Of a stretch of 64,000 bases of DNA, positions 18,587 through 28,720 are shown piece by piece. The DNA lies in NCBI GenBank assembly GCA_963828165.1, contig CAWHDR010000001.1, positions 800,001 to 864,000 of the forward strand, read 5' to 3'. The position numbers and the translations under genes are program-made. Source of the DNA: an uncultured Chloroflexia bacterium. GTDB taxonomy: Bacteria > Chloroflexota > Limnocylindria > Limnocylindrales > CSP1-4. Under the pieces are notes generated by a model. It was not told the DNA's origin and searched no databases. It worked only from the letters and a program-made list of their open reading frames with translations. The first letter of the stretch is position 1. Each line of letters opens with the position of its first letter.

Positions 18587-20239
18587 GTGGCGACCACCGT
18601 CCTGCACCCCGCCGCCCCGACCTACCGCAGCAACCTGTACGACTGGGTGACGACGACCGATCACAAGAAGATCGGGATCCTCTATGTCGTGAACTCGTTC
18701 CTGTTCTTCTTCATCGGCGGGATCCTGGCCATGCTCGTGCGAACGGAGCTCGCCTTTCCGGGCCTCCAGTTCCTGACTGACCAGACCTACAACGAAGTGT
18801 TCACGATGCACGCGACGTTGATGATCTTCCTGTTCATCATCCCGATGCTGGCGGGCTTCGGGAACTACGTCGTCCCGCTCCAGATCGGCGCCCCCGACAT
18901 GGCCTTCCCGCGCATCAACGCGCTGTCGTTCTGGATGCTGCCGCTGGGCGGGTTCCTGATCCTCCTGGGCTTCGTCACGGGCGGCGCCGCGGCCGCTGGA
19001 TGGACGTCCTACAGCCCACTCGCGCAGGACCGCCCATTGGCCTCGGTCGGGTCGGGGCAAGACTTGTGGATCGTCGGCCTGGCGCTCGTTGGCACGAGCT
19101 CGATCCTGGGCGCGGTCAACTTCCTCGTCACGATCTTCAAGATGCGGGCCCCGGGAATGACCCTGTTCCGCATGTCGCTGCTGACCTGGACCGTCCTCGT
19201 GACCGCCGTGCTCGTCCTGCTGGCCACGCCCGTGTTCACGAGCGCGGTGATCATGCTGTTCATCGACCGCAACCTCGGCGGGAGCTTTTTCGATCCGGCC
19301 AACGGCGGCGACGCGATCCTGTACCAGAACATCTTCTGGTTCTACTCGCACCCGGCGGTCTACGTGATGATCCTCATCGCGATGGGCACGGTCAGCGAGA
19401 TCCTGCCGGTCTTCAGCCGCAAACCCCTGTTCGGGTACAAGGCGTTCGTCTTCGCGACGGTCGGCATCGGGGCGCTCGGATTCTCCGTATGGGCCCATCA
19501 CATGTTCACGACGGGCGCGGTGTACCTGCCGTTCTTCAGCCTCATGACGTTCCTGATCGCGGTCCCGACCGGCGTGAAGTTCTTCAACTGGATCTTCACG
19601 ATGTGGCGCGGCCAGCTCCGGCTCGCGACCCCGCTCCTGTTCGCGCTCGGGTTCCTCACGATGTTCCTGATCGGCGGGATCAACGGCGCCTTCGCCGCCT
19701 CCGTCCCGGTGGACTTCGCTCTCCACGACACGTACTTCGTCGTGGCCCATATCCACTACGTGTTGTTCGGCGGATCGGTCTTCGGGGTGATGGCCGGCCT
19801 GTACTACTGGTTCCCGAAGATGACCGGCCGGATGCTCAACGAGACCCTGGGCAAGGTCCAGTTCGTGCTGATGTTCATCGGCTTCAACCTGACGTTCTTC
19901 CCGATGCACGAACTCGGGTTGTCGGGCATGCCGCGGCGGATCGCGGACTATTCGTCGACCGCCGGCTGGAACGACCTCAACCTGGCGGCCACCGTGGGTG
20001 GCTTCCTCATCGCCGCGAGCATGATCCCGCTCCTGTGGAACGTCTTCATCTCGCTCCGCAGCGGCGAGGTCGCCGGCGACGATCCGTGGGAGGGCAACAC
20101 CCTCGAGTGGGCGACCACCTCGCCACCGCCGCCATACAACTTCGACCGGCTTCCGGAGATCCGCTCCGAGCGACCCGTGTTCGACGTTCGCCATGGCCCC
20201 AAGCCCGGTGCCGCGGCCGTGGCTCCGAGCGAGCACTGA
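18587..20239 (+). CDS. coxA: Cytochrome c oxidase subunit I, A2 type
   Basis: DHKKIG, WFYSHPAVY (YS motif), WAHHM, HDTYFVVAHIHY, GMPRR. Confidence 0.97.
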   Translation: MATTVLHPAAPTYRSNLYDWVTTTDHKKIGILYVVNSFLFFFIGGILAMLVRTELAFPGLQFLTDQTYNEVFTMHATLMIFLFIIPMLAGFGNYVVPLQIGAPDMAFPRINALSFWMLPLGGFLILLGFVTGGAAAAGWTSYSPLAQDRPLASVGSGQDLWIVGLALVGTSSILGAVNFLVTIFKMRAPGMTLFRMSLLTWTVLVTAVLVLLATPVFTSAVIMLFIDRNLGGSFFDPANGGDAILYQNIFWFYSHPAVYVMILIAMGTVSEILPVFSRKPLFGYKAFVFATVGIGALGFSVWAHHMFTTGAVYLPFFSLMTFLIAVPTGVKFFNWIFTMWRGQLRLATPLLFALGFLTMFLIGGINGAFAASVPVDFALHDTYFVVAHIHYVLFGGSVFGVMAGLYYWFPKMTGRMLNETLGKVQFVLMFIGFNLTFFPMHELGLSGMPRRIADYSSTAGWNDLNLAATVGGFLIAASMIPLLWNVFISLRSGEVAGDDPWEGNTLEWATTSPPPPYNFDRLPEIRSERPVFDVRHGPKPGAAAVAPSEH

Positions 20240-20243
20240 GCCG

Positions 20244-20909
20244 ATGGCGACCGAGAGCCACGCCCTGACGACCACCGACGACCACAGTCCGGTCGCCGGC
20301 CTGAGCCACGACTCGTCGGGCGGCATCAGCAATGTCGTGCTGGGGATGCTCCTGTTCCTGACCTCGGAGGTCATGTTCTTCGCGGGACTGTTCGCGGCCT
20401 ACTTCGCGGTGCGGGCCAAGACGGACCTGTGGCCGCCGATCAACCCCGAGACGAGCGAGCAGTTCCACCTCGCGATCCTGCCGCTCGTCGGGCCGGCCAC
20501 CGTCCTGCTGATCCTGTCGTCCTTCACCTGCCAGTTCGCGGTCTGGGCGATCCGGCGCGGGGACCACGTCGCCTTTGTCCGCAACATCGCGGTGACGTTC
20601 CTGATCGGGGTCACCTTCCTCGTGATGCAGGCCATCGATTACGTGGAGCTCGGCTCCGAGGGACTGACCATGGCGTCCGGCCCCTACGGCACGACCTACT
20701 TCACTCTCACCGGTTTCCACGGAGCGCACGTGTTCGGTGGCGTGGTGATGCTGGGGGTCGTCCTGTACCGGGGCATGGCCGGGCAGTTCTCGCCTCGCCA
20801 TCACGATGCGGTCGAGGCGACGTCGCTGTACTGGCACTTCGTCGACGTCGTCTGGATCCTGCTGTTCTCGCTGCTGTACCTGCTGCCAGGCAAGACTCCC
20901 CAGGGGTAA
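20244..20909 (+). CDS. coxC: Cytochrome c oxidase subunit III
   Basis: FLTSEVMFF, LTGFHGAHV, YWHFVDVVW. Confidence 0.95.
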   Translation: MATESHALTTTDDHSPVAGLSHDSSGGISNVVLGMLLFLTSEVMFFAGLFAAYFAVRAKTDLWPPINPETSEQFHLAILPLVGPATVLLILSSFTCQFAVWAIRRGDHVAFVRNIAVTFLIGVTFLVMQAIDYVELGSEGLTMASGPYGTTYFTLTGFHGAHVFGGVVMLGVVLYRGMAGQFSPRHHDAVEATSLYWHFVDVVWILLFSLLYLLPGKTPQG

Positions 20910-20913
20910 CTAG

Positions 20914-21108
20914 ATGCATCCGCTGCGTCATCCTCGCAACGCCATCTTCGTCGGCATGCTGTTCGTGATCGTCGGGGCGGTCTACTGGACGGTGCAGACC
21001 GTCGCCGGCTGGGAGGTCGACTACGCCGGGGTGACCCTGCTCGTGCTGCTCGGCGTCGCGATGGCCGTCATGGCCTACGTGCTCATCGCCGGATCCCCGA
21101 ACGACTGA
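20914..21108 (+). CDS. Small two-TM oxidase accessory subunit (CtaF N-terminal-like)
   Basis: 64 aa, two TM helices, DYAGVTLL, operon position. Confidence 0.65.
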   Translation: MHPLRHPRNAIFVGMLFVIVGAVYWTVQTVAGWEVDYAGVTLLVLLGVAMAVMAYVLIAGSPND

Positions 21109-21114
21109 CGCCCA

Positions 21115-22263
21115 GTGCTCGAAGAGATCTGGAACGGCATCCTGGAGCTGATGGCGCAGTTCGTCATCCCCGATTGGGGCGCGCTGATCGCCCTCCTGCC
21201 GGTCTTCGTCTTCGTCCTCACCCTCCTCATCCTCGCGTGGCTCTTCGTGCGTCTGTTCCGCGCACCCAAGCCGCGTCGCGGGATCCAGCGCGTGCCACCG
21301 CGCACGCCGGCCGGCCTGCACATGCCCGGCCCGTCCTTCGCGCCGATCCTGGCCTCGATCGGGGCGTTCCTGCTGTTCCTCGGGGTCGTCTTCCCAGGCC
21401 CGCTCCTGCTGCTCGGAGGGATCGCCCTCGGCCTGACGCTCCTGTACTGGCTCAAGGAGTCGGTGCGGATCTACGACCACGACCTCGGTGTTCGCACGGC
21501 AACGGAGCTGCCGGCCGTCGCCCACGAGGGCCCGCCACCGGGCGTCCACATGCCGGGCCCGTCGTTCCGGCCGTTCCTGGGCGCCGTCGGGACGGGCATG
21601 CTGATGCTCGGGCTCGTGTTCGGCGGCTGGCTGCTGGCCGCCGGGGTGATCGCCCTGATCGCGACGCTGGTCGGCTGGCTGATCGATGCCCGCGGCGAAT
21701 ACGTCAAGACCGTCGAGGCGGATACGACCGGCCACCTGGAGAACATGCCCGCCCCGCGGACCCCGGCGCTGCTGCTCGTCGTGCTGGCCGTGCTGCTGGT
21801 CGGCGGCGTCGCGCTCCAGGCCGGCTGGCTCCCGCCGCGAGATGTGAGTGGTGGCGAAGGGGCCGCGGCCTCTGGTGCCCCGCCCGGTGGCGCGGGCGAA
21901 TCCGGGGGCTCCGGTGAGCCAGGCGGCCCGCCCGGGGGCTCTGGCGAACCGGGCGGCTCAGGTGGGCCGCCGCCCGGTGAACCCGCGGCCGACGCCGTGG
22001 TCCATGCCAAGAACATCGCGTTCGCTGAAAGCAGCCTGACGGCTCCGGCCGACCGTCCATTCAAGCTTGCCTTGGTCAATGAGGACGCAGGCACCCCGCA
22101 CAACGTCGAGCTCAAGGACGCTGCCGGGGCGAGCGTCTACCAGGGCGAGGTCTTCAATGGCGTTGAGACCCGCGTCTACGACGTGCCAGCGCTCGCCGCG
22201 GGGACGTACACGTTCCTGTGCACGGTCCATCCGAGCATGACGGGCAGCGCCACCCTCCAGTAG
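21115..22263 (+). CDS. Subunit-IV-like repeat membrane protein fused to C-terminal cupredoxin
   Basis: Two HMPGPSF-helix-helix repeats, Gly/Pro linker, HNV...CTVHPSM. Confidence 0.8.
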   Translation: MLEEIWNGILELMAQFVIPDWGALIALLPVFVFVLTLLILAWLFVRLFRAPKPRRGIQRVPPRTPAGLHMPGPSFAPILASIGAFLLFLGVVFPGPLLLLGGIALGLTLLYWLKESVRIYDHDLGVRTATELPAVAHEGPPPGVHMPGPSFRPFLGAVGTGMLMLGLVFGGWLLAAGVIALIATLVGWLIDARGEYVKTVEADTTGHLENMPAPRTPALLLVVLAVLLVGGVALQAGWLPPRDVSGGEGAAASGAPPGGAGESGGSGEPGGPPGGSGEPGGSGGPPPGEPAADAVVHAKNIAFAESSLTAPADRPFKLALVNEDAGTPHNVELKDAAGASVYQGEVFNGVETRVYDVPALAAGTYTFLCTVHPSMTGSATLQ

Positions 22264-22333
22264 GGCGCACGCAGCAACGAAGGTCATCGTCACGCCGCGC
22301 CGTCCGATCCTCATCGCCCTGGCCATCGCCGTC

Positions 22334-22804
22334 GTGACGACGGCCGCCATCTGGTGGTTCGTGCGCGTCGGCGAGGCACCGAGCGTCGGCGTCGGGCAAC
22401 CCGCGCCGCGCATCATCGGCACGACGCTCGATGGCGAGGCGTTCGACCTCGCGACGTACGCTGGCCGACCGGTCGTGCTCAACTTCTGGGGCCCGACCTG
22501 CATCCCGTGTCGTGACGAGTTCCCGTTGCTCGCCGCCAAGCTCGCCGAACATGCCGACGACGGCCTCGCGATCGTCGGGATCCTGACCGACGATCCGGCC
22601 CCGTTGGCACGTGACTTCGTGACGGAATTCGGCGCGACTTGGCCGACGGTCGAGGATCCGGACAAGACCTACAAGACGGCCTACCGGGTCCTGGGTCGAC
22701 CGCAGTCGTTCTTCATCGACGGATCCGGTGTCGTGCGCTCCGTGCAGATCGGCGAGGTTCGCGGCAACGATTTCGAGACGCACTACGCTCGGATCGCGCC
22801 GTGA
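22334..22804 (+). CDS. TlpA/ResA-like thiol-disulfide reductase (start uncertain)
   Basis: VVLNFWGPTCIPCRDE, PQSFFID. Confidence 0.85.
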   Translation: MTTAAIWWFVRVGEAPSVGVGQPAPRIIGTTLDGEAFDLATYAGRPVVLNFWGPTCIPCRDEFPLLAAKLAEHADDGLAIVGILTDDPAPLARDFVTEFGATWPTVEDPDKTYKTAYRVLGRPQSFFIDGSGVVRSVQIGEVRGNDFETHYARIAP

Positions 22805-23739
22805 CCGCCCCGGCGGTCCTCGTCGAGGAGGTGCGCAAGCGCTACGACGGCCGGGCCGTGATCGACGGGGTCTCGTTCGCCGTCGCGCCGGGCGAGCTGG
22901 TCGCCTTGCTCGGACCCAACGGGGCCGGCAAGACGACGACCGTCGAGATCGTCGAGGGCTACCGCCGCGCCGACACGGGCACGGTGCAGGTCCTCGGGGA
23001 GGATCCAGCGCGGGGTGGTCGCTCGCTGCGAGCCCGCGTGGGCCTGATGCTCCAATCCGGTGGCATCGACCTTCGGGCGCGACCGCGCGAGACGATCGTC
23101 CAGTACGCCCGGTTCCACGCCGATCCACGCGACCCGGATGAGCTGCTGGACCTGCTTGGTCTGCGGTCCGTGTCATCCACGCCGTTCCGCCGCCTGTCGG
23201 GCGGGGAGCGGCAGCGGCTGGGCCTCGCGCTCGCGCTGGTGGGCCGGCCCGAGGTCCTGATCCTCGACGAGCCGACCGCCGGCTTGGACCCGGAGGCGCG
23301 GGCCGTCGTCCGCGAGCTCATCGCTGACCAACGGGCCGCCGGCGTGGCCATCCTGCTGACCAGCCACGACCTCGTCGACGTCGAGCGCCTGGCCGACCGG
23401 ATCATCGTCCTGGTCGCGGGGCGAGTCGCCGCGTCCGGGTCGTCCTCCGAGCTGGCCTCGGGGGTGGGGCCGCGGCTGCGGTTTCGGCTCGACCGTCCAC
23501 TCGAAACGGATGAGCTCGAGCGGCTGAGCGCGGCGGTCCAGGCCGCCGCAGCGGCAACGGTCCAGCCAGGTGATGACCGGGCCTGGCTCGAGGTCGTCGC
23601 GAATCCATCGCCGGCCCTGATCGCTGCGATCGCGGACGCGTGCCGGGATGCCGACCTGCTCATCGTGGAGGCGCGCACCGGCGGCGGCTCCCTGGAGGAC
23701 GTCTACCTGGACCTCGCCGCAAGGACCGAGCCCTCGTGA
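22801..23739 (+). CDS. ABC exporter ATP-binding protein
   Basis: GPNGAGKT, LSGGERQR, LDEPT; GTGA overlap. Confidence 0.9.
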   Translation: MTAPAVLVEEVRKRYDGRAVIDGVSFAVAPGELVALLGPNGAGKTTTVEIVEGYRRADTGTVQVLGEDPARGGRSLRARVGLMLQSGGIDLRARPRETIVQYARFHADPRDPDELLDLLGLRSVSSTPFRRLSGGERQRLGLALALVGRPEVLILDEPTAGLDPEARAVVRELIADQRAAGVAILLTSHDLVDVERLADRIIVLVAGRVAASGSSSELASGVGPRLRFRLDRPLETDELERLSAAVQAAAAATVQPGDDRAWLEVVANPSPALIAAIADACRDADLLIVEARTGGGSLEDVYLDLAARTEPS

Positions 23740-24473
23740 GCCGGCCTGCGCCGTGGGCGACGGCGGTCCTGGCCCAGGCCGGCGTCGAAGCACGACTCGC
23801 CTCGCGACGCGGCGAAAACCTGCTGGCGATGGTCGGCGTGCCGATCGCCGTGCTGCTCTTCTTGGGGGTCTTCCCGCTCAGCCGCGGCACGGTCGAGGTG
23901 ATGCTGCCCGGAACCCTCGCGCTCGCCCTCGTCGCGAGCGGCCTCGTCAACCTTGGGATCGCGACGGCGTACGAACGCGGCTACGGGGTCCTGAAGCGTC
24001 TCGGCGGATCGCCGCTCGGAAGCTCGGGCGTGGTCGCCGCGAAGCTCGGTGTGGTGCTCGCGATCGCCCTGGCCCAGGTCGTCGGGCTCCTCGCCATCGC
24101 GGCGCTGGTCCTGGGCTGGCGACCCGATCCCGACGCCTCCGTCCTGGCCGTCGTGGTGACGACGGTCGTCGGAGCGGCGGCATTCGTCGGCCTGGGCCTC
24201 GCGATCGCGGCGACACTCCGACCGGAAGCGGCCCTCGTCGTTGCCAATGTCCTCTTCCTGCTGGCCCTCGGGTTCGGGGGCGGCCTCGTGCCGATCGGCG
24301 ACCTTCCGGCTCCGCTCGCCGGCGTCGTGAGCGTCCTGCCGGTTGGCGCGCTCAGCGAGGCTTTTGCGTCTTCGCTGGGCTCTGGCGGGGCGCTTGCGGT
24401 CCCGCTTGCCGTCGTGGGCGCCTGGGCGATCGGATCGCTCGTCCTGGCGGCGCGGACGTTCCGCTGGGACTGA
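23736..24473 (+). CDS. ABC-2 type permease
   Basis: TAYERGYGVLKRLG, C-terminal FRWD; GTGA overlap. Confidence 0.88.
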   Translation: MSRPAPWATAVLAQAGVEARLASRRGENLLAMVGVPIAVLLFLGVFPLSRGTVEVMLPGTLALALVASGLVNLGIATAYERGYGVLKRLGGSPLGSSGVVAAKLGVVLAIALAQVVGLLAIAALVLGWRPDPDASVLAVVVTTVVGAAAFVGLGLAIAATLRPEAALVVANVLFLLALGFGGGLVPIGDLPAPLAGVVSVLPVGALSEAFASSLGSGGALAVPLAVVGAWAIGSLVLAARTFRWD

Positions 24474-24521
24474 TCGGCAAACGAAACGGCCGGCCAGGTA
24501 GGAGCCGTCAGCCTCGGGGAC

Positions 24522-25790
24522 CTAGCCGGGCTCCGGCAGGTGGTGCAACCGCAGGACCCGCGAGCCCACGAGCCAGAGCACGCCCAGGGTCGCGCCGATC
24601 GAGGCGATGAACAACGTCTCGCGCACTCCGATGGCCGCGCCCAGCAGCCCGCCAACCAGCGCACCGATCGGTCGTACGCCGTAGTTGATGAAGCGGAACG
24701 CGCCCGACGAGCGCGACCGGATGCGATCCGGGGTGCGCGCCGACATGATCGCGCCCACGTTGATGTCCAGGATCATCACGCCGAATCCGGCGCCGAATTC
24801 GGATGCGAATAGCAGCCCGAGGATCAGCGGCATCGGCATGCTCGCGTCCGCGATGGGGATGAGAACCAGCGGCAAGGGGAACAGCAGGCAGCCGAGGGCG
24901 TAGGCCGGTCCCAGCCCGATCCGACGTCCGATGCGAGCGGCGACCACGGCGCCGATCAGCCCGCCCACCGCCCCAGCGCCGAGGGCCAGCCCGAGCAGGC
25001 CTGGCTCCACAAGGAGGATCGTCGTCGCATACAGGATGAACAAGGCGTGGAACCCGAAGGTGAACAGGTTGATCGTGGCAACGGCGAGCAGCGTCGGGCG
25101 CATGATCGCGTCGCCCAGGATGAAGGCGAGCCCGGCGAGGATCTGCTCGCGGAGACCTCCTGCCTCGGGCTCGATCGGCGGCTCCGGTGACTGGACCCGG
25201 CGCAGGAAGAGCGCCGAACCAAGGAACGAGACGGCATCGGCCAGCATCGCGAACGGCGCGCTGAGCACCTGGACGAGCACGCCGCCGACCGTCGGGCCGG
25301 CGACATACGCCATCGATCGGCTGCCGTTCAGCAGCGACATCGCGTCGACGAACCGCACGCGCCGCACGACCGCCACGAACACCGTGTTCCACGAGACGTC
25401 GAACACCACGGTCAGGCAGCCACTCAGGAAGCCCACGACGTAGAGCTGCGCCATGCTCAGGACACCGAGCACGTAGGCGATCGGGATGGTCGCGATGAGC
25501 GCGGCCCGGCCATAGTCCGCCCAGATCATCAGGCGACGCCGCCGTTGGACCCGATCGAGCCAGATGCCGGCCGGCATCGAAAACAGCAGGTGTGGCAGCA
25601 GCCCGACCGAGGTCAGATAGCCCATCTGGGCAGCGTCGGCACCCAGGGTCAGGACAGCCACCAGCGGCAAGCCGATTCGCGACACCTCGTCGCCGAAGAC
25701 CGAGATCGTCTGGCCGATCCAGAGGCGGCGGAAGTCGGGGACCCGGCGCAGGAGCGGCGGGATGAGGCGCGCGGGTCGCACCCGCATCAC
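24522..25790 (-). CDS. MFS transporter (MFS_3/EntS-like)
   Basis: DFRRLWIGQTISVFGD, about 12 TM segments. Confidence 0.9.
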   Translation of the reverse strand: MMRVRPARLIPPLLRRVPDFRRLWIGQTISVFGDEVSRIGLPLVAVLTLGADAAQMGYLTSVGLLPHLLFSMPAGIWLDRVQRRRRLMIWADYGRAALIATIPIAYVLGVLSMAQLYVVGFLSGCLTVVFDVSWNTVFVAVVRRVRFVDAMSLLNGSRSMAYVAGPTVGGVLVQVLSAPFAMLADAVSFLGSALFLRRVQSPEPPIEPEAGGLREQILAGLAFILGDAIMRPTLLAVATINLFTFGFHALFILYATTILLVEPGLLGLALGAGAVGGLIGAVVAARIGRRIGLGPAYALGCLLFPLPLVLIPIADASMPMPLILGLLFASEFGAGFGVMILDINVGAIMSARTPDRIRSRSSGAFRFINYGVRPIGALVGGLLGAAIGVRETLFIASIGATLGVLWLVGSRVLRLHHLPEPG

Positions 25791-25848
25791 CGTCGGTCAG
25801 CCATCTTCCCGCCGATGGTAGGGCGGGCCGCGTCGCGTCGTATGGTGT

Positions 25849-26718
25849 GTGGACATGCGTGCTGCCGAGCCGGTGCCCACCGAAATCGTGGTCCTCGTCG
25901 ATGTCCCGATCACGTTCGAGACCGAGGACGGAACCACCGTGCACTCGCCGATGGTCCACGCCACGGTCGGTGGCATCGGCACTCGGCTGATCCTCGACAC
26001 GGGCTCGACCGACCATGTGCTGACGAAGGAGCTCGTCGATCGCGTAGGCGCGGACAGCGCGACCGCCGAAGATGGGACCGACCACGCGGGAGCGGCGGTG
26101 CCCAGCTGGTCGGTCGGGGCCCTCGAGGTCCGCATCGCGGATCGTCCGTTCGCGCTCCGGGACGTGATCGCGATCGCCGGGCCGCCGCCGTTCGCTGGCT
26201 GGGGCGTCGGCGGCTTCTTGAGTCCGCAACACCTGCATCCGGGCGCGCGGGTCCTGATCGACCTCCTGAACGATCGGCTCGTGGTCGTCGAGTCGTCCGG
26301 CGCGGATGTCGATGCGTGGTTGATCGGTCGCGTCCCCTCGCTGCGGCCGATCGCCCTCGATCGGATCACGGACGAGTCGACGGTGGCCGTACCCGCCGCG
26401 ATCGAGCCCTTCGCGACCGTTCCGACGATGCTCAACACGGGAGGTCGTCAGACGGAGTTCGCAAGCGGCGCCGTCCCGGGCCTCCGCGGCACGGCAGACG
26501 AGCAGGGCGGCACGGGCGTCGGCGGAGGCAAGGTCGTCGGGTCGGACGTCGGCGAACGCGTCCTGCAGGTCGGAGGCGCCCGGATCCCGGTCCCGCGGCT
26601 CGTTGTCCGCGACGAGATGGACGGTCCGCCAGGCCTCGTCGGGGTCGACGTCCTGCGCGGCACGGCCCTCATCTGCAGCGCCGATACGGACCTCGGCGTC
26701 GTGTGGCTGGTCGCCTGA
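25849..26718 (+). CDS. Retropepsin-like aspartyl protease domain protein
   Basis: LILDTGS, second lobe MLNTGG, GLVGVDVL. Confidence 0.7.
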   Translation: MDMRAAEPVPTEIVVLVDVPITFETEDGTTVHSPMVHATVGGIGTRLILDTGSTDHVLTKELVDRVGADSATAEDGTDHAGAAVPSWSVGALEVRIADRPFALRDVIAIAGPPPFAGWGVGGFLSPQHLHPGARVLIDLLNDRLVVVESSGADVDAWLIGRVPSLRPIALDRITDESTVAVPAAIEPFATVPTMLNTGGRQTEFASGAVPGLRGTADEQGGTGVGGGKVVGSDVGERVLQVGGARIPVPRLVVRDEMDGPPGLVGVDVLRGTALICSADTDLGVVWLVA

Positions 26719-26797
26719 AGAACCGTTCGCGCAACGACGACGCCATACCCTGTGAGCACGACCACCCTGGCCGTGCCGGACAGATCACGAGGCGACC

Positions 26798-27361
26798 GTG
26801 GACCAGCGAGGGCTCGTGGAGCGTGCGCGGGGAGGCGATCATGAGGCCTTCGCCGAGCTCGCCCGCGCCGCCATCGTGCGGCTGGACCAGGCCGCGCGCC
26901 TGATCCTCCGTGACCCCGAGCTCGCACGCGACGCGGTCCAGGAGGGGTTGATCCGAGCCTGGCGCGACCTCCCGAAGCTTCGGGAAGCCGACCGGTTCGA
27001 TGCGTGGCTGTACCGACTCACCGTGAATTCCTGCATCGACCAGACTCGCCGCCGGCGTCGGCGCGCGATCGAGGTCGAGCTGACGCCCATGCACGCGCCG
27101 TACGCATCTGACACCTCCGGCGCCCTCGCCGATCGCGACCAGGTCGACCGGGTGCTTCGCCACCTGGACGAGCGCGGTCGCGCGATCGTCGTCCTGCACT
27201 ACTTCCTGGGGCTGCCGCTGACCGAGGTCGCGACGACCCTCGGCATCCCGGTCGGGACGGTCAAGTCACGGCTGCATCGCGCCCTGGGCGAGATGCGGAT
27301 CGCGATCTCCGCCGATCCGGCGCCCACCCCGTCACCGGTGTCGGGAGGGCAGCTCGCATGA
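26798..27361 (+). CDS. ECF RNA polymerase sigma factor
   Basis: DAVQEG..RAW, FDAWLYR, GTVKSRLHRA. Confidence 0.93.
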   Translation: MDQRGLVERARGGDHEAFAELARAAIVRLDQAARLILRDPELARDAVQEGLIRAWRDLPKLREADRFDAWLYRLTVNSCIDQTRRRRRRAIEVELTPMHAPYASDTSGALADRDQVDRVLRHLDERGRAIVVLHYFLGLPLTEVATTLGIPVGTVKSRLHRALGEMRIAISADPAPTPSPVSGGQLA

Positions 27362-28668
27362 CGACTGAACGTCGTTTCGAGCGCGACCTCCCCCAGATCC
27401 TGGGCGATCTCGCGACGGGGCCCTATCCCGACTACATCGATGACGTCCTGGCCACCACGGCGCAGCGTCGCCAGCGGCCCGCCTGGACGTTCCCCGAAAG
27501 GTGGCTCCCGATGGTTGCCATCGCTCGTCAGCCCGTTCTCGCTCCGCGCATCCCGTGGCGCTCGATCTCCTTCGCGATCCTGCTGATCGCCATCCTGCTC
27601 GCGGCGGTCGTCGCCTTCATCGGCTCCCAGCCCCGGGTGCCGGCCCCGTTCGGTCCCGCCGCGAACGGCTTGATCGCGTACGAGGCGGATGGCGACATCT
27701 TTGCCGCCGATGCCGTGACCGGGGTCGCCACGGCGGTCGTGACCGGTCCGGATGTCGATGCCGGTCCGCGCTGGTCACCGGACGGGACCCACGTCGTCTT
27801 CGCGCGCGAGGTCCAAGGGGGGCGGGTGCTGCTCACGGTGGCGAGATCCGACGGCAGCGACCTCACCGTGATCACGCCGAAGCCCATCGAGCTCACGGAA
27901 AGCCTCCTTGGCGAGCCGTGGGAACCATACGAGTTCTCGCCAGACGGTCGGTCGGTGGTGTTCGCGGCGGTCGAGCGCGGTCTCCCGACGATCTCGATCG
28001 CGCAGAGCGACGGCAGCGGCGTGCGTGCCCTCCCGGTCGACATGGCGGCCTATGAACCGTCATTCCGGCCTCCGAACGGCGCCGAGATCCTGTTCGTCGG
28101 TGAGGACGCGAACGAACAGACCTGGCATGGCATGTTCGCGATCGACCTGTCGACCGGGGACGTTCGCACGGTCGTCGCACCCTCGCCCGCCTTTGACCTC
28201 GCGGGCGCGACCTGGTCTCCGGACGGTTCGAAGATCGCCTTTTGGGCATGGGCCGGGAGCGAGGGGATCACCGCGCATACCCACGTGATCTCGGCCGACG
28301 GGACGGGCGATCGCGAGCTGCCGAGTCCTCCGACGGCGGCCTGGAGCATCGGGTCGGAATGGTCCAACGACGGTACACGTCTGCTGATCGTCCGGGGGTA
28401 CACGTCGGGCCTTGGCGATGTTCGGGCCGTGGTGATCCCCGTCGAGGGCGATTCGTCGGGGGTCGAGATCCGTGTCCCGGACCTTGTCGGCGGAGAATGT
28501 TGCGCGGCCTGGGAGTGGTCGCCCGACGACTCGCTGATCCTGGCCACACCGACCGACGCGCGGGCCCAGCGCCAACAGCAGCTCATCGTCGACCCATCGA
28601 CGGGTGAGGTGCGTCCAGCCCCATGGTCCGCGACCAGTGACCCGACCTGGCAGCGGCTCGCACCCTGA
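27358..28668 (+). CDS. Putative anti-sigma factor with TM helix and TolB/PD40 propeller
   Basis: ATGA coupling to sigma; QRPAW; TM helix; WSPDG repeats. Confidence 0.8.
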   Translation: MTTERRFERDLPQILGDLATGPYPDYIDDVLATTAQRRQRPAWTFPERWLPMVAIARQPVLAPRIPWRSISFAILLIAILLAAVVAFIGSQPRVPAPFGPAANGLIAYEADGDIFAADAVTGVATAVVTGPDVDAGPRWSPDGTHVVFAREVQGGRVLLTVARSDGSDLTVITPKPIELTESLLGEPWEPYEFSPDGRSVVFAAVERGLPTISIAQSDGSGVRALPVDMAAYEPSFRPPNGAEILFVGEDANEQTWHGMFAIDLSTGDVRTVVAPSPAFDLAGATWSPDGSKIAFWAWAGSEGITAHTHVISADGTGDRELPSPPTAAWSIGSEWSNDGTRLLIVRGYTSGLGDVRAVVIPVEGDSSGVEIRVPDLVGGECCAAWEWSPDDSLILATPTDARAQRQQQLIVDPSTGEVRPAPWSATSDPTWQRLAP

Positions 28669-28720
28669 CGGGGTCTCGCCCCATCGGCGACCCCCGCTGT
28701 CGACCGCGGCGGGCAAGGAA

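Noticed and set aside
21860-21990. Gly/Pro/Ser repeats (GGSGEPGG) as a repeat array
   Set aside because: Coding low-complexity linker before the cupredoxin domain
25787-25804. 5-codon uORF MADRR overlapping the MFS start
   Set aside because: Too short to distinguish from chance
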